A program made the position numbers and the translations under genes. Below the pieces are notes generated by a model. The model saw nothing but the letters and a program-made list of their open reading frames with translations. It did not search any database and was not told the DNA's origin. A stretch of DNA of 64,000 nucleotides, from the IMG/VR virus record IMGVR_UViG_3300033571_019687, positions 1-64,000 of that record; one strand, 5' to 3'. This DNA is from a virus. Shown piece by piece: positions 10,316 to 18,755 of the stretch. The number at the start of each line of letters is the position of its first letter. The stretch's first letter is position 1.

Positions 10316-11866
10316 ATGATTAAACAATTAATTCTTGAAGAAGTTTATGGTAACATCATTGTTGCTTATCATAGAACAAAGGTTGAAGATATTATCAATA
10401 AGGTATATGACACTGGTTGGCAACCAAAAGATGGTGATATGTACGGAAAAGGATTTTATGGTACATTTACATTAGAAGCACAATTAAGAGATGGTATGAT
10501 TGGTTATGGACCAGTTATTGGTAAATTCCGTATTGATATTAATAACTTTGTTATTTTTGAATGGGATATATTTCAAAAAACAAAGTTAAAACAATACCCA
10601 AAAGCAAATGAAAGTAACTTTATTGAATTACAGTTAATAAAATATGATATTATTAAAAACAATAATGAATTAAACTCAATTATTAATTACACAAATAATT
10701 CGATTTCGTACTCTTCTGATATTGCTATAAAATTTTTTAATGAAAATACTAAAAATTCACTTAATGTTGATGGTATAATATTTAGAGGTAGACAAGATGG
10801 GGATGTTGTTGTTGCATATAATACTAACGTTATTCACCCATTATCAGTATCTTATAATAATGGTAAAAACTTTATTACTATGAGTGAAATTAATAAAGAA
10901 TACCATACATCAAGATTCATGAAGAAGGGGCTTGATCCTAAAAAAGATTATACTAGTAATTTTAATTTAAATTCTTCTAGTTTATTCATAAAACCATTGA
11001 AGTATATAATAAACTATTTAAAAACCAATGGTTTATCTGATTCTCAAATAAACAGTTATATAAAAACTTATGTACCTAAATGGCATGCAGAATTAGTAGA
11101 TAAAAATCCTGATGTTATAAGTGATTTTACAGTTAATGATTGGGAGAGTTTATATATGAATTGGCCTAGATATGTATATAAATATCCTAGTGGTTTAGAT
11201 AAAATTAGTAGTGAGGTTCTTGGTAAACTTTATTTATTATTACCTGATCTATATGAAAAATACAAATCTGGCGTTAATAGATTAAACATCTATGAGCTTT
11301 ATAGAATACTTATTTTTAATACTAAGGCGATGAACGATATATCAGACGATGAATTATATAAATATGTCAATAGATTTGGTTCATATCAAATAATAGACTT
11401 AATAGTTAAATATCCGGGTAGGTTTAATGTATTAAAATATGGGTTAATAAATGGATCTGATTGGGCAAATCTTTTTATAAAGCGACCAGATTTAATCGAT
11501 AAGTATAGAGATCAAGTAGATAGATTTAGATCTGATGATTGGATAAAATTATTTAGTAAATTACCTGAATCTATAGACAAACTTCCAGAAGGTATAGAAT
11601 ATATAGAAGATGTTAGAGCTTGGGATAGATTACTATTTTCTAACCCTTCACTTATAGACAGATTTCCGGATAAAAAAGGTTTATTATCTCCAGAAAAATG
11701 GTATCGTATTTATCAGACCAATTCATCTATCATAGATAAACATCCAGAAGGGTTAGATAAAGTGAGACATTTTCATTTAATAACCTTATTAAAACAGTAC
11801 CCTTATTTATTAGAAAGATACCCAAAATATTTTAAACCAGCCGCCAAAGAATATGGATTCAAATAA
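10316..11866 (+). CDS. PARP-like (H-Y type) ADP-ribosyltransferase domain plus C-terminal helical repeats
   Basis: AYHRT, GDMYGKGFYGT, DGIIFRG..DGDVVVAY; about 23-aa repeats in the C-terminal half. Confidence 0.6.
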   Translation: MIKQLILEEVYGNIIVAYHRTKVEDIINKVYDTGWQPKDGDMYGKGFYGTFTLEAQLRDGMIGYGPVIGKFRIDINNFVIFEWDIFQKTKLKQYPKANESNFIELQLIKYDIIKNNNELNSIINYTNNSISYSSDIAIKFFNENTKNSLNVDGIIFRGRQDGDVVVAYNTNVIHPLSVSYNNGKNFITMSEINKEYHTSRFMKKGLDPKKDYTSNFNLNSSSLFIKPLKYIINYLKTNGLSDSQINSYIKTYVPKWHAELVDKNPDVISDFTVNDWESLYMNWPRYVYKYPSGLDKISSEVLGKLYLLLPDLYEKYKSGVNRLNIYELYRILIFNTKAMNDISDDELYKYVNRFGSYQIIDLIVKYPGRFNVLKYGLINGSDWANLFIKRPDLIDKYRDQVDRFRSDDWIKLFSKLPESIDKLPEGIEYIEDVRAWDRLLFSNPSLIDRFPDKKGLLSPEKWYRIYQTNSSIIDKHPEGLDKVRHFHLITLLKQYPYLLERYPKYFKPAAKEYGFK

Positions 11867-12581
11867 TTTTATAGAACAAAATTTTGGACTTGAGAAAACA
11901 TTATGTCCAGCCATCTTCACAAAAAATGATGATGGTGAATATATTATAAAAGCAGACGTTAGAAAAAAACTTCTAACAATTGCCGACATATTCTTAAAAT
12001 CTATTGGTATAGATAAATTAGAATATGAAGATGTAATACTTGTCGGATCAATGGTTAATTATAACTGGTCTGATTACTCTGATATTGATTTACATTTAGT
12101 TATTGATTATAAAGATATAAGTGAGAATCATGAAACTAGCGAGATATTGTTAAAAGCTAAAAAAGATTTATTCAATATTGAACAGGATTTAACAATAAAT
12201 GAATTTGAAATTGAGTTGGGTACTCAAGATATTAATGAGAATCTTGAAAGTGCTGGTGTTTATAGTGTATTTTATAATAAGTGGATAAAACAACCTAAAA
12301 AAGAAGGGTACGATATTGATAAACAAGTTATATTCCGTAAATATAACCAGTTTTTAGAAGATTTCAAAAAAGTAAAAGAAATTAAAGACTTCAAAAAAAG
12401 GTTAGACGCAATAAACAAATTAGCAGATAAAATAAAAAGATACCGAAAAGCTGGTCTAAAAGCAAATGGCGAATTAGGTGTCGAAAATTTAGTTTTTAAG
12501 TATTTAAGGCGAATAGGTTTTATAGATACGTTAAAGCGTTTAAAAACGCTTACTATTAACCGTTTAGGTTCCCTTGAATAA
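11853..12581 (+). CDS. Pol-beta-superfamily nucleotidyltransferase
   Basis: VILVGS-MVNYNWSDYS-DIDLHL (GS...DxD), downstream IE acidic residue. Confidence 0.8.
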   Translation: MDSNNFIEQNFGLEKTLCPAIFTKNDDGEYIIKADVRKKLLTIADIFLKSIGIDKLEYEDVILVGSMVNYNWSDYSDIDLHLVIDYKDISENHETSEILLKAKKDLFNIEQDLTINEFEIELGTQDINENLESAGVYSVFYNKWIKQPKKEGYDIDKQVIFRKYNQFLEDFKKVKEIKDFKKRLDAINKLADKIKRYRKAGLKANGELGVENLVFKYLRRIGFIDTLKRLKTLTINRLGSLE

Positions 12582-12589
12582 AATAACTA

Positions 12590-12596
12590 CTATTTA
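12590..12596 (+). promoter_or_regulatory. CTATTTA putative late promoter
   Basis: 17 nt upstream of ATG 12614. Confidence 0.6.
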
Positions 12597-12613
12597 CAAT
12601 AAAAAGCTTTATC

Positions 12614-12979
12614 ATGGATAAAAATACATTTATTAAACTTGCTGGTATCAAAGAACAGAAATCAAAGACTGGTATCCTTGATCCAAAACTTGTTTTTGAA
12701 GGAAAATTACCAACAGAGGAATCTCTAGTTATTGTATTTGAACAAAGAAAATATCATATCAAAAAAAAGGATATAAATGGTAATCTTGTAACACCTTTAG
12801 CGGAATCAAGATCATTTCCATTAGGTCACACATCGTATTCTAAAACCCTTAATAGACTTAATATTCTCCTTATTGAGGAGAATAAAAAATACGAACATGA
12901 TGAAGACGAAGATGATATAGATCATGAACATGAAGAAGACAATCATGATGATGATTCTAAAAAAAAAAGTCTGAGCTAA
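12614..12979 (+). CDS. Hypothetical head-associated protein, N-terminal part of a probably frameshifted gene
   Basis: Stops 3 codons after an A10 run at which the next ORF's frame opens. Confidence 0.6.
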   Translation: MDKNTFIKLAGIKEQKSKTGILDPKLVFEGKLPTEESLVIVFEQRKYHIKKKDINGNLVTPLAESRSFPLGHTSYSKTLNRLNILLIEENKKYEHDEDEDDIDHEHEEDNHDDDSKKKSLS

Positions 12980-13101
12980 AAGAAAACAAAAAGTATGTTA
13001 TTAAAGTACCAGCAAAAAGTGCTCCCATTGCGCCTTCTGCTGGTACTTCTGTATCTAATGATTTACCGCCAGAACCAACTAAAGATATTGAACAACCTCC
13101 T

Positions 13102-13860
13102 ATGCCGGATAATGATCCTATAGATACAAACTCAGATTTTAGTTCTGATGTACCACAAGAAGGTAATCAAGAAGGTGGGGATGATTCAACAAAAGAAATA
13201 CAAAGTTTAACAGGTCAGTTAGCACAAAAGATTAGAGAAAAAGGTGGTATTGATTCAAAGATGATTAAATACATTATGAATTCTATAACATCGGCAGTTG
13301 ATGTTGCTTCTATTACTCCAGAAGATAGGGATGATATTATAAGAAAATTATCAAAAAATGATCAGGCGGATAATAATGATAGTGATCAATCTTCAAATGA
13401 ACAACCATTTATTGATAATGCAACAAGTACTGGTCCGGCACCAGTTACACAAGGTAAGAAACCCGACTTTGCTTTAAATGAAGAAAGTAGTGAACCGGTA
13501 TCAATTGATGGTAATCCGCTAATTAACGAAATTGAAAAAGAAATTAATATAAAATTAGATTTATCAAGTCCTTTACATTTGTTATATTTAGGAGAGGCAT
13601 TAAATTGTTTTATAAATACTTGTAAACAAGACGGTGTTAATATTGATAAACAAGTTATGGATAATATTGAGATTTTACGTAATAATCCTGCAATATCTAA
13701 ATATATGAATAATGATATGTTAGATAGTTATGATTTAGAAGATACTTCATATAAAATTTATAACGCATTAGAAGTCATTAATACACATAATAATACCATA
13801 GTTAACACACTTAATGAGTTAAGTGATAAATTAGGTATTAAGAAAATAACAATCAAATAA
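13102..13860 (+). CDS. Hypothetical head-associated protein, C-terminal part (frame open from 12961)
   Basis: Upstream in-frame KKKSELKENKKYVIKVPAK...; acidic linker then IQSLTGQLAQKIR...IKYIMNSITSAVD. Confidence 0.6.
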   Translation: MPDNDPIDTNSDFSSDVPQEGNQEGGDDSTKEIQSLTGQLAQKIREKGGIDSKMIKYIMNSITSAVDVASITPEDRDDIIRKLSKNDQADNNDSDQSSNEQPFIDNATSTGPAPVTQGKKPDFALNEESSEPVSIDGNPLINEIEKEINIKLDLSSPLHLLYLGEALNCFINTCKQDGVNIDKQVMDNIEILRNNPAISKYMNNDMLDSYDLEDTSYKIYNALEVINTHNNTIVNTLNELSDKLGIKKITIK

Positions 13861-13870
13861 GTTAATTAAA

Positions 13871-14359
13871 ATGGAATATAATGAAACAATACTTAAGCGA
13901 ATGGGTTTAAATCCTGCTCAAGTTGAAAAATTTCTGAGAGAAAGAAAAGAATCTGGTAAGGTGTTATTACCGGATAGTGTAGGTAATAAAGTATTAGATG
14001 AATTCTATACAGAAGGTGTTGGATCAGTTTTTGCCGGATTAAAGGGTGCTGGTGAAAATCTTTCAAAAATTAAAGGTGATGCATCTAGTTCATATAAAGA
14101 AACAAAAGATTATAGTTATTTGACTAGTATTAGTGATAAGGCTAAAAAACTTGTGACTATAGAACTACAAAAAATTGCTAAAAAAGTTGATTATTCAATA
14201 GATGTGATTGATAAAGCTTTAAGTGATTATTATGCGTTACCTGATCATTTAAAAGAACAACTTACTCCTGAGTATAATGATTTAAATGCTCAGTATAAAA
14301 AAATAAAAGAGATGCAACTTAAACTTGCATCATTCAGAGACGAAAAAACCTTTTTCTAA
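13871..14359 (+). CDS. Hypothetical, putative internal head protein
   Basis: ILKRMGLNP N-terminus similar to next ORF; LxE sites. Confidence 0.5.
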   Translation: MEYNETILKRMGLNPAQVEKFLRERKESGKVLLPDSVGNKVLDEFYTEGVGSVFAGLKGAGENLSKIKGDASSSYKETKDYSYLTSISDKAKKLVTIELQKIAKKVDYSIDVIDKALSDYYALPDHLKEQLTPEYNDLNAQYKKIKEMQLKLASFRDEKTFF

Positions 14360-14362
14360 GAA

Positions 14363-16351
14363 ATGGATAGTGTAAGATTAAGAATATTAAAAAATATGGG
14401 TATTGACCCTAATAAAGTAACTGAGTCTCTTAATGAGTCTAAAGAATATACCATGCCTGTAAGTAATCCTGATTTACAGAACGAGGCACTTGGTAATTTC
14501 TATGATAAAACTAAAGCTACAGCTAAAGGTGCTTTGGCAAGTGTTAAAGCTGGTACAGATAGATTCTTAAAAACAGCCGGTGCATTTAGAGAAAGTTATA
14601 AATTAGATTCTGTTAGAAAAGCTCTGGCTGATGCTATGAAAATTGCTGATAAAATTGAAAATGAGGTAATGGCAAATGTTAATACCTATAAAGGTATTGT
14701 CAGTGAATTAAGTGATGAAGTCAACAAGTATGCCGGCAGTGATGAAAGTAGACAACAAAAAGTCACTAACTTAAATGATTATATTAGTACACATAATCAA
14801 TTTATTAATGACTTAACAACTAATGGAGAAGGTGAGGATAATGTTGAACCTAATTCTAATCAAAATGATATAGAGTTTGTAAATGGGTTACCATATACTA
14901 AACCTGATGACAAACCAGTTAAATCTGATGATATAGAGTTTGTAAATGGGTTCCCATATACTAAACCTGACAAACCAATTAATACTAATAATAAACAAGT
15001 TGCTAATCCTGAACCAGTTGGTACAACTGATAATAGTGGCCCATCTAGTAAAGTAGTGGATAATCCTGAGCCAGCAAATAATTCTAAAGAACCTGAAAAT
15101 GTTAATGAAGTAGGTAAGAAAATCGAAAAAGCTGCTTATCCTAATGCAGGCGGAATATCCCCATCTGAATTAGCAGACGATGCTAATAATAATTTTTATA
15201 TGTTAAAATTATCATACAATGAAGGGGATACAAAAGCTAGTTTTACAATAAATTCAGATATATCAAAAACAAACTCTAAAGGTGAAGTAAGATCTTTTGA
15301 TATTTTTAATAATGTAGTTGATTATCTTACACCTTATATTGATACACAAGGTACAGATGGTGATAACAAATTTATTGTAGATGAAGAAGGCGAAATGGAA
15401 TTAGTAAATGGTAAATGGATTGTAACAAAACCAATAAAAATGAGGTTTACTGATGGCGAAACATTTCCAGATAGACCAGTAAATAAACCTCAAGAAACGC
15501 CTTCTAAGACCGCTGAGCCATTAGATAATACAAATACTTCAACATCTAATCCGGAAGCCTTTAAAGGGCAGGAAACAAGTAATACTGCCAATAAACCAAC
15601 TAATACGCCAACTAAAAGACGTAATAGTAAAAAAGCGGATGATGTTAAGCAGGCTGCTGTACCTGTTAAAGATGCTCCTGTACCTGTTAAAGATGCTCCT
15701 GATAAAAAACAAAATGATACGCAGATAGATAATTCTTCTGATGAAAAGAATATTGATGAACCAGTAAATGTTAACGGAGAACAAGAAATAGATACTGCAT
15801 CTAACAATAATGTATTTGTACCAGATAATGAATATCAGCCGGTAGATAAACCTAATACTAAATCAGGTAAAACTAAAAAAGGTGAACCTAAATCACCTTT
15901 AGAAATTAATCCGGGAAATACTAAGGTATTATCTAGCTCTGATATGATCTCAATAATGGAAGATGATCAATCACCTATTGTGGATGGTTTTATTGAATCA
16001 AATAGATTATCTGATGTGTTAGAAGCTGGTTTAGTTAAAAAACCGTCTGCGATTATTGCTCAAGAATTACCTAATGGTGATTATACATTAGATTTAGTTA
16101 GACCTGATAAAGAATACAGCGTTGAAGGTAAATCAATAGGTACTATTGAACCTAATGAATTTTTAAGACAAGTTAAATCTTTAGAGTCTAGTGGTGTTGT
16201 TAAAAACATAGGTAGTTATACACCAGTAAAAGGTAATAAATTTAATGTAACTGTAGTAGATTATGGTAAAGTAGCTATTATGGGTGAGAATGAAGATGAT
16301 GAATACGCCGAAGTTGCTAAACCAATAAGTATAATTTATACAAAGGCATAA
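14363..16351 (+). CDS. Large low-complexity putative internal head protein with shared domain
   Basis: ILKNMGIDP..SLNE leader, P/K/N/T-rich linkers, domain shared with ORF 5544. Confidence 0.55.
   Translation: MDSVRLRILKNMGIDPNKVTESLNESKEYTMPVSNPDLQNEALGNFYDKTKATAKGALASVKAGTDRFLKTAGAFRESYKLDSVRKALADAMKIADKIENEVMANVNTYKGIVSELSDEVNKYAGSDESRQQKVTNLNDYISTHNQFINDLTTNGEGEDNVEPNSNQNDIEFVNGLPYTKPDDKPVKSDDIEFVNGFPYTKPDKPINTNNKQVANPEPVGTTDNSGPSSKVVDNPEPANNSKEPENVNEVGKKIEKAAYPNAGGISPSELADDANNNFYMLKLSYNEGDTKASFTINSDISKTNSKGEVRSFDIFNNVVDYLTPYIDTQGTDGDNKFIVDEEGEMELVNGKWIVTKPIKMRFTDGETFPDRPVNKPQETPSKTAEPLDNTNTSTSNPEAFKGQETSNTANKPTNTPTKRRNSKKADDVKQAAVPVKDAPVPVKDAPDKKQNDTQIDNSSDEKNIDEPVNVNGEQEIDTASNNNVFVPDNEYQPVDKPNTKSGKTKKGEPKSPLEINPGNTKVLSSSDMISIMEDDQSPIVDGFIESNRLSDVLEAGLVKKPSAIIAQELPNGDYTLDLVRPDKEYSVEGKSIGTIEPNEFLRQVKSLESSGVVKNIGSYTPVKGNKFNVTVVDYGKVAIMGENEDDEYAEVAKPISIIYTKA
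14866..14970 (+). repeat. 42-bp direct repeat, period 63 bp (DIEFVNG(L/F)PYTKPD x2)
   Basis: 14866-14907 and 14929-14970 differ at one base. Confidence 0.95.
15657..15701 (+). repeat. 21-bp tandem repeat (VPVKDAP x2)
   Basis: ctgtacctgttaaagatgctc twice plus ctg. Confidence 0.95.
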
Positions 16352-16379
16352 AATAAGGGGCTTTAAAGCCCCTTATTTT
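16350..16379. terminator. Bidirectional terminator
   Basis: aaaataaggggcttt/aaagccccttatttt between convergent genes. Confidence 0.85.
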
Positions 16380-16380
16380 T

Positions 16381-17097
16381 TTAACAACAATTATTAACGA
16401 TATCTTTATAAACTTCTTCTACACGTAGTCTAAATTCTTCTATAGCAGTATCATTAAAAATGACATAATCTGCATCTATTTTTAGTAATTCCATTTCGCT
16501 AGGATGCAAATCTTGATTATTAGTTACCATATCAGGTCTAACAACCTTAACAATCACTCCACCAGCCTCTCTAATGGCCTCAACCTCGTGGATGAACCTA
16601 ACATCAGCTATAACGTATCTACCTTCTGTAATGCGTTTTTTGAGCGAATTAACCCATATTGTTTTATCTATCTTAGATGTAGATTGAGTAATATGTTTAG
16701 GTAGATCAATTTGGAACAATTCTGTTCCAAATATTTGCATAATATGTCTAGGAGTTACACCCCAATAATCATCCAAAACTTCTTTCAAGTCCCCATTAAC
16801 TTGTTCTTCGGTAAAACCAAAGATAGATTTACATGCATCTTTAATTGGTTTAGCAAATGATTCTTTAGTGAAACCAAATTTATCCACCAAAACATTTGCG
16901 AATGTATCTTTACCATTTCTCTTTTGACCAACCACACCTATAATCAAATTATCAGGTACTTGGTTATTTACTTTACCACACTTACATACATGGTCAGGTT
17001 TAGCTTCATTTTTACAACTCATAACTTTAGTTTTTAATTGTGACACAAATATAATACTTTTTTTGATAAAAACAAAAAAAATGGGTGGAATTTCCAC
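16381..17097 (-). CDS. dNMP kinase (T4 gp1-like); true start probably ATG 17022
   Basis: GVVGQKRNGKDT P-loop, TPRHIMQIFGTE, IADVRF; the longer start overlaps a terminator and promoter. Confidence 0.85.
   Translation of the reverse strand: MEIPPIFFVFIKKSIIFVSQLKTKVMSCKNEAKPDHVCKCGKVNNQVPDNLIIGVVGQKRNGKDTFANVLVDKFGFTKESFAKPIKDACKSIFGFTEEQVNGDLKEVLDDYWGVTPRHIMQIFGTELFQIDLPKHITQSTSKIDKTIWVNSLKKRITEGRYVIADVRFIHEVEAIREAGGVIVKVVRPDMVTNNQDLHPSEMELLKIDADYVIFNDTAIEEFRLRVEEVYKDIVNNCC
17046..17076 (-). promoter_or_regulatory. Bacteroidota-type promoter TTTG-N19-TATATTTG
   Basis: Exact consensus, 23 nt upstream of ATG 17022. Confidence 0.75.
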
Positions 17098-17103
17098 CCA
17101 TTT
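17074..17103 (-). terminator. Terminator after the major capsid gene
   Basis: aaatgggtggaa/ttccacccattt stem with U-tail on the minus strand. Confidence 0.85.
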
Positions 17104-17124
17104 CGTTTTAACAAGAGATAATAA

Positions 17125-18729
17125 TTATCTGAAAGCTTCTGTACCGAAAGTATCAACGTTTTTAACATAGATAACACCATAGAAACGGTTGTTAACCATT
17201 TTCTTAGCATATCTAGTCATCAACATTTTACCCGGAGCACCAGTATGATAGTTATACATCATAGGTGACATGGTAACAGGGATGTAAGGAGCATAGATAT
17301 AACCTGAATCAAGTACGCTAGTACCTTTTCTACCTAACAATAGAATGTTAGCAGGCATATAAGCATCTTGGTAAACAGTGTATCTACCTTGTAGTGAACC
17401 TACTCTTTCAATACCCATGTTGAATTTATTTTCTTCTGGCTCAGCATTTGACACGTGGAAGTGTTCAAGATCGTTGAAGATAGCAGCAACTTCGTTAGAA
17501 GTTACAATCCAGTTAGCACCACCTTTAAGAGTAGCTTTGTTAATTTGAGCAGAAACCTTGTTAATCTCTGTGATAAGAGTTTGGTTCCATTCTTTTTGAG
17601 TGTACAAAGTTACACTTGGACCACCGATAGCAGGAATTTGTTTGGTTGAAGAACCAAGGTAATCCCAAGTACGTCTCCAAGCAGCACCTTTGATAAGATC
17701 TCTAAGAACTTCTCTGTCAATTTCAGCAGCAACTTGTTCTGACATCAATGTTGTCAATTCAGTTTCTGCGTCAATGTTTTGGAAGTTTTTAACGTCTTGT
17801 GCAAGTTCTGGTGACCATGTAACTCTCATTTTTCTTTCTTGAACTTCAACAGTTACAGAAGTAATGGTGAAGCTAACTTGTGCCATTTCATCAGCAAGTT
17901 CCAAAGAAGCATAAGTTTTACCTGTCAAAGTAACACCAGTCAAGTTAACGCTAGTTGTACCCAAGTTGCTAACAGATAGGTAAATTTTCTTATCTGGAGA
18001 GATAATTGATTTACTCCATTTTTGAGCAGCAACGTTGAATACTAAGTTATCGTTATTAAGACCAAGGGTTGACAAGAACTCCTCATTGTTAAGGTCAGTT
18101 GTTGATGTAATACCTGTAAAGGTAAATTCAAGAATTTCTGTTGCACCAGATGCGATAGCAGTACCAGACTTGGTTGTGAAACCTTGACCACTAGCAGCAT
18201 AGTTAACTAGGTTAGCAGTAGTTGTTTGAGCAGTCTGTACAGTAGGAGCACCTTTAGATCTGTCGAACAACTCATTGTCATAACCCAAGTCATACAAGTT
18301 TTTGCTGTCAGTGTAATCTGATCCAGAAACCATTGATTGTTGGTTACGGCCATTAGCATCAAATTGTGATCTACCAATTTGTGGTACAAAGTAGAAAAGT
18401 TTACCGATAGGCAAGTTAATAGCTTGAATGGTTACAATCTCATTAACAAGCAATCTTGTAAATACTCTTCTAATTAATGGGAAAATCATTGTTTCGAAAG
18501 AACCTTCGCTACCCAATGTGGTTGATTCGGCAAGAACTACTGCTCTACCTTCATTAACCATCCAGTTAGCTTGGTTTTCATACAATGTTGCCATTAGGTC
18601 TTTTTGATTGTCATCAAGGTCGAACAAGTAACCAACTTCTTCCCATTTTTGCATGGTTTGTTCTTTAATAAGTTGTGTTAACTTACTTTGAGTTGTTCCA
18701 AACCCTGAATTTTCACTGAAAATACTCAT
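17125..18729 (-). CDS. Major capsid protein (T4 gp23-like)
   Basis: FPLIRRVF, RKMRVTWSPELAQD, SEQVAAEIDRE, YAPYIP, MTRYAKKMVN; candidate maturation site VLAE68/S. Confidence 0.95.
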   Translation of the reverse strand: MSIFSENSGFGTTQSKLTQLIKEQTMQKWEEVGYLFDLDDNQKDLMATLYENQANWMVNEGRAVVLAESTTLGSEGSFETMIFPLIRRVFTRLLVNEIVTIQAINLPIGKLFYFVPQIGRSQFDANGRNQQSMVSGSDYTDSKNLYDLGYDNELFDRSKGAPTVQTAQTTTANLVNYAASGQGFTTKSGTAIASGATEILEFTFTGITSTTDLNNEEFLSTLGLNNDNLVFNVAAQKWSKSIISPDKKIYLSVSNLGTTSVNLTGVTLTGKTYASLELADEMAQVSFTITSVTVEVQERKMRVTWSPELAQDVKNFQNIDAETELTTLMSEQVAAEIDREVLRDLIKGAAWRRTWDYLGSSTKQIPAIGGPSVTLYTQKEWNQTLITEINKVSAQINKATLKGGANWIVTSNEVAAIFNDLEHFHVSNAEPEENKFNMGIERVGSLQGRYTVYQDAYMPANILLLGRKGTSVLDSGYIYAPYIPVTMSPMMYNYHTGAPGKMLMTRYAKKMVNNRFYGVIYVKNVDTFGTEAFR

Positions 18730-18755
18730 AGTTTAAATATTAGTTTTTAATTAGT

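Noticed and set aside
6579-16379. Shared CTTTAAAG core in two terminators as a binding site
   Set aside because: Only two instances, and it is explained by the palindromic hairpin apex
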